Source: a virus (Duplodnaviria; Caudoviricetes). Taken from it: 25,825 bases of DNA. Shown here in pieces: positions 17,442-25,446 of the stretch. The DNA is taken from positions 1 through 25,825 of IMG/VR virus record IMGVR_UViG_3300035670_001139; one strand, 5' to 3'. Position 1 is the stretch's first letter. Every line of letters starts with the position of its first letter. The notes beneath the pieces are model-generated. The model saw only the letters and a list, made by a program, of their open reading frames with translations, had not been told where the DNA came from and made no database searches. The position numbers were made by a program, and so were the translations under genes.

Positions 17442-18979
17442 TATGCACTGCCTCTAAATCGTGAGTTAGCCCAGACGATATTGCTACTCTTGCTGCGCTG
17501 AACGTTCTTCATAGGTTTCACAGCCATGTCGACAGCAGAGGCAAGCGCATCCTTAACGTCGTCGTGGGCTGGGTTACGGCTAGACAGCTCTTCCTCAAGG
17601 ATTTGAGTGTTACCGCCTCTGTAGTGCCAGATCGAAAGGTTGTCGTAACGAGGCTCAAGGACGGCTGCGATACGCTCTTCCTTACTACCCTTATTCGGTC
17701 GGTACTCTTCGATGGAGATCGACAAACCATGTTGCTTGATGAGTTCTTTAAGCTGCTTCACAATAGCTATCTGAGCCACCGTGACTTCTGCCCTCATCTT
17801 TCTGAACGACCACTTATTACTAAGCTGTAGGATATGGTCGAAGTAGTCACTGATGCGATCCGTACGGAAACGATCAATCTCTAAGACGTAGACGTTATTC
17901 TCACCATCGACACCGACGACAACCATAGCAGTGTAGTCAGCTTTCTTGCTAAGGCTAAACGCAAAGTCTACTGCACAGTAAACGTTCAGGCGGTGCGTCT
18001 TGTAGAACCAGTAACCATTATCAAGGTGGAGATGCTTACGGTCGTAGTACTGAAACTTGTCTGAACCTACGGGTACGTTATCTGGGTCCGTAGGATCGTT
18101 GTAGTACTGCGCCCTGAACTGTCCTTTGTCGAGGTACTGCCCACGCTTCTTAGCTAGAATCTGTTGGTCGAAACCAAACCACTTACCGTCTTTACGCTGC
18201 TGACGAGGCCACAGGAACTCACCCGTACCATCGCCCCTATCTTCTACTGCACGTTCAAAGATTTCGTAGATGTTCTCTTCGCCAATCTTACCACCGTCTT
18301 TGTCGTACTGATCCTCAATCATCTGCATCAAGTCGTTATACAGATCAATCGGGTGGTAGCGAGTACCTACGACCCACTCACGGGCCTCAGCACCTTCGAT
18401 GGACGACAACAGAGAATACTGGCTTCTTACTTTGTCACGGCCTTCATTAGTGTACGCATTTTCATAGACAACCACATCATCGAGAACTGCAATGTCACAG
18501 TGCATACCAGTAAGGGAAGTAGTGAGGCCACCAGTGAAGATGCTAGGGTCACGTACGTTTTCTTTCTTACGCTGAGGATGATCTAACGCAATCTCCGAGG
18601 TGGTCCAACGAGTACGCTTACCTTCTTCAGGATGGACGTGCTCAGGCCAGTAACGACGATATACCTCAGAGGTAAAGATACCTTTCATAAAGCCTAGCTG
18701 CTTCTCCGCAAGGTTAGCCGTAGCAGAGATGTAGAGCACACGCAGCGTAGGATTCTTCGTAAGTTCCCACACAACCCGGTAAGCTACCATACGAGACTTC
18801 TGATGGTCACGAGGGAACAGAACGAGTTGGTGAGTCTTGCTGTCTTGACGTGTCCACCAGCCGAGCAACTCAGAGTGACATTGACCAAGGACTTGCTCAG
18901 GAGCAACAAGCTTGATGAAGGTCTCTAAGTCAGCCTCGGCAGCTAGACGGATTGTGTCGTTGACTGATAAAGAACTCAT
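17441..18979 (-). CDS. terL: Terminase large subunit
   Basis: Walker A-like FPRDHQKS, LTGMHCDIAVLDD (Walker B), VVGTRYH coupling motif, RNase H-like AVDFA, C-terminal HDDVKDALA. Confidence 0.93.
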   Translation of the reverse strand: MSSLSVNDTIRLAAEADLETFIKLVAPEQVLGQCHSELLGWWTRQDSKTHQLVLFPRDHQKSRMVAYRVVWELTKNPTLRVLYISATANLAEKQLGFMKGIFTSEVYRRYWPEHVHPEEGKRTRWTTSEIALDHPQRKKENVRDPSIFTGGLTTSLTGMHCDIAVLDDVVVYENAYTNEGRDKVRSQYSLLSSIEGAEAREWVVGTRYHPIDLYNDLMQMIEDQYDKDGGKIGEENIYEIFERAVEDRGDGTGEFLWPRQQRKDGKWFGFDQQILAKKRGQYLDKGQFRAQYYNDPTDPDNVPVGSDKFQYYDRKHLHLDNGYWFYKTHRLNVYCAVDFAFSLSKKADYTAMVVVGVDGENNVYVLEIDRFRTDRISDYFDHILQLSNKWSFRKMRAEVTVAQIAIVKQLKELIKQHGLSISIEEYRPNKGSKEERIAAVLEPRYDNLSIWHYRGGNTQILEEELSSRNPAHDDVKDALASAVDMAVKPMKNVQRSKSSNIVWANSRFRGSA

Positions 18980-18985
18980 GTGACA

Positions 18986-19014
18986 ATAATACCACAGTTG
19001 ATTTGGTTTGTCAA
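18986..19014 (-). promoter_or_regulatory. Sigma70 promoter with extended -10, immediately upstream of the terL ATG
   Basis: TTGACA-N17-TATTAT with TGn before the -10, followed by TGTCAC-ATG. Confidence 0.75.
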
Positions 19015-19036
19015 GTGGTGCTTAAAGACCAAGTTT

Positions 19037-19222
19037 TCACTCAGCCTCTTGGATCACCAGATCGCCAGCGTCCACCTGACGCATGATTTCGTCGTAGTGG
19101 CGGTTGCCGGGGACGGGAGGGACAAAGCACTCTTGTCCATCAATAGTGGCTCGAATGGAAGCGTTAGCGCCAGACAAAGCGTCATTGACGTATTTAGCCA
19201 AGGTGATGTTCATGGTGTTCAT
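19037..19222 (-). CDS. Small fibre-associated protein/chaperone, copy 2
   Basis: 61 aa from the ATGA overlap at 19222; IRATIDG...VP..PGNRHYDEIM..V.AG.L.IQEA is paralogous to 21552..21746. Confidence 0.75.
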   Translation of the reverse strand: MNTMNITLAKYVNDALSGANASIRATIDGQECFVPPVPGNRHYDEIMRQVDAGDLVIQEAE

Positions 19223-20253
19223 AGCTCCGCATCCGCTTTCCATTTGCTTCTAAAATATGCGCCAGAGTTATTTCCACTCGCAACTGCTGTTGTTCTAAAC
19301 CCGTGAACATCATTCACCGTAGCACCGATGCCTGCATTAAATCCAGAAAGGTTTTCTCCTGTGATTGTCACCGTTGGTGACACCCTCTTGGTGACAGCAA
19401 ACCCACAACTGGTAAAATAATTAAACCCTGTTGTTGTGTTTCCAGACCAGAACATTGAATTGCCATCAAATGACAGTTCTTGCTCATAATACCGCTGGCA
19501 CCGCGCCAACTCAGGCCCCAATTCTGGCTGCTTGTAGAGGTCCGTCGCCGCCGTGGTGTGAGTGCCTTGCTTGATGTGGATGCCCCACAGGTCAACGCCG
19601 ATGGTTTGCAGGCCGAGGGAGTTGGTGCGGGCGTTGAGGTCGCTGCCTGCGGAGGTCCAGAAGTTGAGAGCCAACTTGTCGTTATTGTTCGACCCAAGAG
19701 TTTTACCCGTGATTGATGGTACGGCAAACGTCAGCGCAAACGGAGCGAACGATGCGGCAAGAGTAACAGTCTGGGGTGCGACTTGAACTGAAGCAGAAGG
19801 AGAACCACCGCTGCCAAAATACTGCTCAACCTCAACAGCCATGTTGCCAGAGCCGCTAGACCGCCGCGCCCAGCCAAGAATGGTAATGGTCTGCCCTGCG
19901 TAACTGCGAACGCTCTCAATGCCTTGAGCGATAACCGCAAGATGGCTAGACAATGTTTGCCCGCTCACAGTTTGTCGCAGAAAGTAGGTTGGGCTGTTGT
20001 TGCCGAGGGTGTCTCCAAGCGTGAAAGCCTGCCGCGATTGAGTTACAGTCCCACCAGAAAGGTCATTAGTCCACCGATCCGCCGCGACATACCCCGACGA
20101 AGTGCTACTCGTCCCCCGCTGCCAGAAGTCGAAGGCCCCGTTGATGATGCGGTTTTCAGGGTCCAGAACGCCGGGGCGCAAAGGAATGCCGTTCACGGTC
20201 GCCGTGGTGCCGCCAGATGCGTCCAATAGGGCGTTGGTGCGAAGTGTGGACAT
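19219..20253 (-). CDS. Tail fibre / receptor-binding protein with carbohydrate-binding-like domain, copy 2
   Basis: 344 aa; NRIINGAFDFWQRG...ADRW...ELARCQRYYE...DAEL, a common phage fibre architecture; GGAGG RBS with TAATG coupling. Confidence 0.75.
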   Translation of the reverse strand: MSTLRTNALLDASGGTTATVNGIPLRPGVLDPENRIINGAFDFWQRGTSSTSSGYVAADRWTNDLSGGTVTQSRQAFTLGDTLGNNSPTYFLRQTVSGQTLSSHLAVIAQGIESVRSYAGQTITILGWARRSSGSGNMAVEVEQYFGSGGSPSASVQVAPQTVTLAASFAPFALTFAVPSITGKTLGSNNNDKLALNFWTSAGSDLNARTNSLGLQTIGVDLWGIHIKQGTHTTAATDLYKQPELGPELARCQRYYEQELSFDGNSMFWSGNTTTGFNYFTSCGFAVTKRVSPTVTITGENLSGFNAGIGATVNDVHGFRTTAVASGNNSGAYFRSKWKADAEL

Positions 20254-21023
20254 TAGTTGGCCTCCAATGCGGTCAGGCGGGTCTTGAGGTTGGCGATCTC
20301 AGCCAAAGCCTCTTGCAGTGCGGCGGTCAAGAGCGGCACCAATTTGCTCTGGTCGATGCCTTGATATTGAGGATTTCCGTCAGCATCAACTTCGTCCTTG
20401 GCACCTGTCACAGCTTCGGGGACAACAGCCTGCGCCTCATGCGCGAGGAATCCGTCAACCCGTGAGCCGTCAACCTTCCATGCGAAGTTCACAGGCTTGA
20501 GCGCCAGCACCCGCTCCGAGGCACCAGCCATGGGTTGCCAATCTTCCTTGAGGCGGTAGTCGGAGGAGGTGTTGTAGGCGGTGGTGGTGCCGCTTGTCGT
20601 GACCGTGCCAACCACACCGTTTCCATTTCGAAACTCAAGCACATACTGCGTTGTGGTGACACCAGAAGCGACCCCAATCCCGTAGTTGTTTTTGGTTGCC
20701 ACTTGAAAAACAGCAGAGCCGTCTGGCCCTGTTCTGTTCACCAACAGGTTCCCGCTGCTATCAATCCTTATGGCCTCCGACCCACCCTCAGCAAAGGCGA
20801 TGGTATCCGCAGCCGGGAAGAAGATACCCGTGTTGCTGTCACCCGTGGGGTAGATCGCAGGCGCACCAGCCGAACCAGCAGGCACCTCGTTGGCGAGACC
20901 CGAGACGTTCACAGTCCCCGTAGCATCCGGCAGCGTAAGCGTCCTGTCAGTGTTCCCCGAGGGACTTGCTATTGTAAACGTACCTGTCCCAGAAGGGTTA
21001 CCAGAGAGGGTTATCTTGCTCAT
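20253..21023 (-). CDS. Tail fibre protein with C-terminal intramolecular chaperone (peptidase S74)
   Basis: YNTSSDYRLKE autocleavage motif, GFLAHEAQAVVPEAV, IDQSKLVPLLTAALQE coiled coil; RIDSSGNLLV fibre repeat. Confidence 0.85.
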   Translation of the reverse strand: MSKITLSGNPSGTGTFTIASPSGNTDRTLTLPDATGTVNVSGLANEVPAGSAGAPAIYPTGDSNTGIFFPAADTIAFAEGGSEAIRIDSSGNLLVNRTGPDGSAVFQVATKNNYGIGVASGVTTTQYVLEFRNGNGVVGTVTTSGTTTAYNTSSDYRLKEDWQPMAGASERVLALKPVNFAWKVDGSRVDGFLAHEAQAVVPEAVTGAKDEVDADGNPQYQGIDQSKLVPLLTAALQEALAEIANLKTRLTALEAN

Positions 21024-21484
21024 TCGTACTGGCCCTTTTCATTACGGACACGAGGCTTGCGGTTTTTAGCTGCTTCACTCATTGTTGACCTATATTCTTC
21101 ACCAAGTGTAAGACCTTTGTTCCAAGGGGCTTTACCTAGTTTAGCTTTAGAAAGTTTCGCTTTATGTTCTTCAGAGAAAGTCTTACCTTTATTCCAAGGT
21201 ACTTGGTGCTGAAACCCACCTAAACCACCCTCAGTCATGTTTGTAAGATCGACACCAGAGCGTTTAAGGCATTTAATCAGACCAGCCTCTAGCTCAAAGG
21301 CGATATCATCTGTCGAACACTCCATACGACCAATCAGAATGTTTTCCTTGCCGTACTTAGCTACCGTTCTGGTGTGTCGTTCATTACGGTCGTATAGCTT
21401 TCTAGAACGACGTACAGTACCTTTACCTACGTAGAACGGAGTTCCGTCTGGTTTGCAGTGGAGGTAAGCGTAGCTCATTGGCAT
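21020..21484 (-). CDS. Free-standing GIY-YIG homing endonuclease with NUMOD3-like DNA-binding repeats
   Basis: YAYLH...FYVGKG..RR, ELE..LI, LTN.T.GG; two PWNKG repeats and SEEHKAKLS. Start moved to ATG 21484 (TAATG overlap, MPMSY); ATG 21478 is an alternative. ATGA overlap with the downstream gene. Confidence 0.85.
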   Translation of the reverse strand: MPMSYAYLHCKPDGTPFYVGKGTVRRSRKLYDRNERHTRTVAKYGKENILIGRMECSTDDIAFELEAGLIKCLKRSGVDLTNMTEGGLGGFQHQVPWNKGKTFSEEHKAKLSKAKLGKAPWNKGLTLGEEYRSTMSEAAKNRKPRVRNEKGQYE

Positions 21485-21552
21485 TAGTCGTGGGCAGCGA
21501 TGGTAAACGCACCTGATCCCGAAGGATTGCCTTGGAGTTTGATCAGCGACAT
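21484..21552 (-). pseudogene. 22-aa remnant of a fibre-gene N-terminus (MSLIKLQGNPSGSGAFTIAAHD)
   Basis: GAGGAGG RBS and TAATG overlaps at both ends; 14 of the first 20 aa identical to the N-terminus of 20253..21023. Confidence 0.75.
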
Positions 21553-21746
21553 TATTGGGCCTCCTCTGGGGCTGCGTCAGCCTCTTGGATGGTAAGTTCA
21601 CCAGCCTCGACAGCAGCCATAATGGCGTCGTAGTGCCTATTGCCGGGCGCTAATGGCACTGACCATTCGGTGCCGTCGATTATAGCTTTGATGCTGCCGA
21701 TGCTGCGGTCAAGCCCGAGGGAGTATTGGGCTGATGTGATGTTCAT
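21552..21746 (-). CDS. Small fibre-associated protein/chaperone, copy 1
   Basis: 64 aa; MNIT.A.Y...SIKAIIDG...VP..PGNRHYDAIM..V.AG.L.IQEA; GGAG RBS. Confidence 0.75.
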   Translation of the reverse strand: MNITSAQYSLGLDRSIGSIKAIIDGTEWSVPLAPGNRHYDAIMAAVEAGELTIQEADAAPEEAQ

Positions 21747-21749
21747 TGC

Positions 21750-22889
21750 TTACAACTCCGCGTCTATAGAAATGTTCGGATTAGTAGCATCAGGATTAAA
21801 ACGAACTTCGGCGCAAGCGGCTACGGCAAGCCCACTAAGCCCTGTCATATCCATTCGGCAACCTCTTGTGTTGGTTAAGAATGATACCCCTGTAGGCGAA
21901 ACATGAGACCCATTTGCTATTAAAGGCTGGACGTGTGAAACGCCAGAAACCGACACCGTTGGATTAACTCGTTTTTCAACCAGAAAATCTAGTCTAGATA
22001 AAACACGAGTGCTGGAGTAAGCCATGCCAATTCCAATGATTGTCTCAATGGTATTTGTCTCCGTGATCCGCTCATAATACCGCTGGCACAACGCCAACTC
22101 AGTCCCATAAGGTCTGCGCTCAAAAGGCGTGGCGATGGAGCCAGCTTCGAGTTGGACGCCTGTGATGTAGAAGGTGGCTCCGTTGGTGCCGACTATGCTG
22201 GTTGCACCTGTAGCAGACGGAGTAAACGCCCCAGCCCACGCTCCTGCGGTCCCGCTAAGAGTTGACCCTGTTCCAAGGCTAAACTCAATGTAAATGCCAA
22301 CAGTATTGTCTGTCGCCCATGTTCCAGATGTGTCGCCAGCAATTGTGACTGTCTTTTGCTCCCATGTGTTTGCCGAACTGATTGCGTAGGTGAATGGGTA
22401 GCTGCGGTTTGCGTTGTTGTTAAAAAATGCCGCGCCAAATGTGCCTGTCAGTGAACTGCGAACCCAAAAAGACAAGGTGATAGACGAAGCAGAAGCGGAG
22501 CCAAACGCAAAGTCACCCGCGTTCAGGCCCTCAACTGCATGCTGCAAGCCAAAGCGATCACTGCTAGTGATTGAGTAAGACGACAAAGATGTAACCAGCA
22601 AAGACTTAGTAAACCCAGCAGGCGCAACAGAACTTTGCTGAACCGAATATTTTGCAGACTGTGACAGCTTGGCCTTCCAGCGATCCAGTGTATAGGCATT
22701 ATCAGCAGGCGTCACACTCGCCCCAGAATTTCTCTGGTCAATCCGCATGTCGCCGTTGATGATGCGGTTGCGTCCCGATACGTAAGGAACGGAGCTGCTC
22801 GGTACAGTGCCAGTTAGATCAGCCGCATCGACAGCCCCATCAAATGCAGGTGCAACGATGCCAGTTGTTCCGTTGATTGTGACAGTCAT
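21750..22889 (-). CDS. Tail fibre / receptor-binding protein with carbohydrate-binding-like domain, copy 1
   Basis: 379 aa; RNRIINGDMRIDQRN, LDRW, ITLSFWVRS, ITGVQLEAGSIATPFE, ELALCQRYYE, terminal DAEL. Confidence 0.8.
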   Translation of the reverse strand: MTVTINGTTGIVAPAFDGAVDAADLTGTVPSSSVPYVSGRNRIINGDMRIDQRNSGASVTPADNAYTLDRWKAKLSQSAKYSVQQSSVAPAGFTKSLLVTSLSSYSITSSDRFGLQHAVEGLNAGDFAFGSASASSITLSFWVRSSLTGTFGAAFFNNNANRSYPFTYAISSANTWEQKTVTIAGDTSGTWATDNTVGIYIEFSLGTGSTLSGTAGAWAGAFTPSATGATSIVGTNGATFYITGVQLEAGSIATPFERRPYGTELALCQRYYERITETNTIETIIGIGMAYSSTRVLSRLDFLVEKRVNPTVSVSGVSHVQPLIANGSHVSPTGVSFLTNTRGCRMDMTGLSGLAVAACAEVRFNPDATNPNISIDAEL

Positions 22890-23341
22890 AGGATCACCCA
22901 GTTAGAGCCAGTAGGAATGGTAACGGTTACACCAGAGTTTACACTGATAGGCCCAGTAGACATTGCGTTCTTGTTGGTCGTGATCGTGTAGTTACTGGTT
23001 ACAGTCTGACCGTTCTCAATAAAGACTTCATCTGTACCGCCACCAGTTGCACCACCACCGACAGAACCCCAAGAGGTACCGTTGTAGCCCTCGAACTTGG
23101 TGACATCAGAATTGAAGCGGAAGTAGCCCGCCGCAGGTGAGCCATCACGTTGTGCCTCAGCACCGACAGGAATCTTAGCCGACCCAGTGTCAGAAGTCTT
23201 TTCTACCCGATCCGCGTTAACGAACGTTTTGATCTGAGTGCCTGTGACCTTCTTAGAGGTAAGGCTATCATTGACCTCGAACTCCTGCGTACCAGAGGCA
23301 GAAGCGGCGGCTGGTAGTTGGCTGATCTTTACGTTAGCCAT
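22886..23341 (-). CDS. Fibre adaptor/connector protein
   Basis: 151 aa; N-terminal KISQLP, GYFRFNSD..KFEGYNG..W, GGGATGGG.D..F.EN...VT.NYTI, VTVTIPTGS.WVIL motifs seen in phage fibre modules. Confidence 0.65.
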   Translation of the reverse strand: MANVKISQLPAAASASGTQEFEVNDSLTSKKVTGTQIKTFVNADRVEKTSDTGSAKIPVGAEAQRDGSPAAGYFRFNSDVTKFEGYNGTSWGSVGGGATGGGTDEVFIENGQTVTSNYTITTNKNAMSTGPISVNSGVTVTIPTGSNWVIL

Positions 23342-23344
23342 GAG

Positions 23345-24073
23345 TTAGTAAATCCTTTTCCATCTTCCAGTGAGATACTTGTAAGCCTTCTCAGGAACGA
23401 CCCAATCATTCTCGTATTTGACGTACGGTACAGCACGGAGCCAAGAGGACTGATACTTAGCGTACGGTTCACTGACGAAGAGAACGACAGAAGGTTGAGA
23501 GACTATGGACCCGTACGCCGTGTTAGGTTGGTAGCCAGAGACGATACGAGTATCACCTTCCTCAGTAATCCTTACGTCACCATTCTCAAGCAGTCTGATT
23601 ACGTTTTCATCTTCTTGGTCGAATAGTCCGTATGCTACCAGCTTAGGTGTCGCAGAGAAGATACCCTCAGCTTGGATATCCGACGCACCTGCAAACTTGA
23701 ACCCTGCAACAGAAGCGATAGAAGACGCACCAGAGAGGCTAGTCGCACCGGGTTGAATCCTTACTCCTGAAGAGGAGAGTGTGCCTGTAGCGATCCCTAC
23801 GTGCGCTCCTGAGGCTACTAGGTCACCATCTACACTAGTAGTACCTTGGCCGTTAAGAGCGGTACGACCAAAGAGGATAGCTTCTCCTACAAGGAGGGTG
23901 CTACCCGTTGACGACAAACTGACTGAAGCTAGTACAGTAGCGTTACCGACAACAGACAGTGAGCCTTGAGCCGTTAGGTCTGCAAAGCCATCATAGAACT
24001 TCTCGGTGACCCTAGAATCCCCATCCTCAAGGATACGGAGGTCACCACCCTCTGTTACACGATAGCCTTCCAT
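23345..24073 (-). CDS. Putative fibre/virion structural protein with R-x-(T/L)-E-x-G-D repeats
   Basis: 242 aa; AGGAGGT RBS; repeat clusters near both ends with an S/G/A/T-rich middle. Confidence 0.6.
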   Translation of the reverse strand: MEGYRVTEGGDLRILEDGDSRVTEKFYDGFADLTAQGSLSVVGNATVLASVSLSSTGSTLLVGEAILFGRTALNGQGTTSVDGDLVASGAHVGIATGTLSSSGVRIQPGATSLSGASSIASVAGFKFAGASDIQAEGIFSATPKLVAYGLFDQEDENVIRLLENGDVRITEEGDTRIVSGYQPNTAYGSIVSQPSVVLFVSEPYAKYQSSWLRAVPYVKYENDWVVPEKAYKYLTGRWKRIY

Positions 24074-24089
24074 CCTAACCTCCTATGGA

Positions 24090-24482
24090 TTAGGCGATGG
24101 TAAGGTCGATGTTACCGATTGCAAATTCCAGAGTGTCGCCGTCAGCAATAGTCTTAGAAGCCGTCATAGCACCGTGCCACAGCAGGTTACCAGAGGTGGA
24201 GGCGTCGTGAATACCGATGTGGGTAATCGTACCCCAGCTACCGCCAGCAGCCGTAAAGGTCACAGCACCTGAGTTAGAGGTTGTACCACCGGGGGTCGAT
24301 GCTGCATCAAACGCCACAGTCTGACGCGAATAGCCATTACCCGACACCTCAGTGCCACCACCCGAGTCAGAAGGGGCAGCGGTGTACAGGGCGACGTACC
24401 AAGCAGTAGGACGAGTAGCACTACCAGTGGTCATTAACCAATCCAGTAGAAGCTTCTCCGAGTAGTCAGATAGAGCAGCCAT
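24090..24482 (-). CDS. Putative tail/fibre structural protein
   Basis: 130 aa; LSDYSE..LLD, YVALYTAAP.D.GGGTEVSG.GY.R, WGTITHIGI.DA..GNLL, a widespread phage virion family recognised by eye. Confidence 0.65.
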   Translation of the reverse strand: MAALSDYSEKLLLDWLMTTGSATRPTAWYVALYTAAPSDSGGGTEVSGNGYSRQTVAFDAASTPGGTTSNSGAVTFTAAGGSWGTITHIGIHDASTSGNLLWHGAMTASKTIADGDTLEFAIGNIDLTIA

Positions 24483-24493
24483 ATGATCCAGCC

Positions 24494-24790
24494 TTATGCA
24501 GTTGTGACTTTGAACCAGATATCCCCGTTAACACCACCAGAAGGGGGTTGAGGACTGATTGTCGTTTTATTAACCAACGTGAATACGTCGACACCACCAA
24601 TAGTCAGGCCACCAGCATTCAGGATGTCGTAGCCATTCATGTCGAAGTCAGCGTTCATAGCGTTAGGCAGACTACCGTCCAACGACACAGTGTTGTCAAA
24701 GGCATCACGCAGAGCTTGGAAGTTCTGGTTGATCTCCGAGGTGGAGTTGAAGCCTGACGTAATGTTGTTGATGGAAGGTTTCTTCGACAT
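24494..24790 (-). CDS. Putative fibre anchor protein
   Basis: 98 aa; INQNF..L..A.DNTVSLDG..PNAMNADFDMNG..ILN resembles podoviral fibre N-termini; ends in PSGGVNGDIW. Confidence 0.6.
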   Translation of the reverse strand: MSKKPSINNITSGFNSTSEINQNFQALRDAFDNTVSLDGSLPNAMNADFDMNGYDILNAGGLTIGGVDVFTLVNKTTISPQPPSGGVNGDIWFKVTTA

Positions 24791-24792
24791 AG

Positions 24793-25320
24793 TTATTGAA
24801 CCTTGATCCCTAGACGCTCCGCATCCTCAGAGAGTAGCGACAGAGCTTGCTGATTCATCTCTTCTTCTTCCTTGGCCTTCAGTTTCTCTTTAGCCTTGGA
24901 AGCACTCTTGTCGTCAAGCCACCCACGCTCCAAGAGAAGCTTAGCAGCACCAAACGAAGAACGGCCACCCGTACGCATCTCATCTGCGATAGAACGAATA
25001 GCCTCAGACTTGATCTTAACCTCGACTTCCTTACGCCATGCCTCTACGTCTTTCTTGATGTAGTTGCTATTGGACAGTTGAAGCCAAGTCTCCCACGAAC
25101 CGAAGACCGCCCAAGCGAAAGTGTACTCCGTAGGGTCTGTGACACAGTACGACAAATACAGCTTACGCAAGGACGTGTACGTCTTACCCTCACGCACAAT
25201 GTCAGCTTCCTTGAGGGTGAAGATAACGTGCTCAGGCTCAAAGTACGAAAGCTCCCAGAAGAGAGACTTGGTGCGTAGCTTGCCTTGTGACGTACGTAGC
25301 TGGGTCTCTGTGAAGAGCAC
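24793..25320 (-). CDS. Terminase small subunit (putative)
   Basis: DPTEY.FA..VFGSW..W..L, W..E.E.K..SEA, AAK.L...GW helical pattern. GTG start at 25320 (AAAGGT upstream) is preferred because the called TTG at 25362 overlaps the -10 box. Confidence 0.55.
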   Translation of the reverse strand: MLFTETQLRTSQGKLRTKSLFWELSYFEPEHVIFTLKEADIVREGKTYTSLRKLYLSYCVTDPTEYTFAWAVFGSWETWLQLSNSNYIKKDVEAWRKEVEVKIKSEAIRSIADEMRTGGRSSFGAAKLLLERGWLDDKSASKAKEKLKAKEEEEMNQQALSLLSEDAERLGIKVQ

Positions 25321-25361
25321 GGTTTCTCTACCTTTGAGTAAGAACGAATCACTTAGTGGCA

Positions 25362-25391
25362 ATTATACCACACTAGGTTCTAGTTTGTCAA
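25362..25391 (-). promoter_or_regulatory. Sigma70 promoter for the morphogenesis arm
   Basis: TTGACA-N18-TATAAT with extended -10 (TGG-TATAAT). Confidence 0.8.
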
Positions 25392-25446
25392 CCCCCTACG
25401 TGATGAGCGGAAATCCGCCTATAGGATACGACAAGAAAGAAGGGGC

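Noticed and set aside
1000-17501. Long plus-strand ORFs (349 aa at 1000, 242 aa at 4888, 318 aa at 13762, 411 aa at 16266 and others)
   Set aside because: They are antisense shadows of well-supported, codon-biased minus-strand genes and have no recognisable motifs or RBS.
18790-18820. Deviant terminase Walker A (PRDHQKS) as a sign of inactivation
   Set aside because: Terminase Walker A motifs are often deviant, and the Lys-Ser and all other motifs are intact.
21485-21601. N-terminal extension of the GIY-YIG ORF in the ORF track
   Set aside because: It overlaps the upstream gene and the mini-ORF; the nuclease domain starts at MPMSY with a TAATG overlap.
19037-22889. Diversity-generating retroelement or invertible cassette in the RBP region
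   Set aside because: No reverse transcriptase or invertase in the window; the shared repeat is only 37 bp and in direct orientation.
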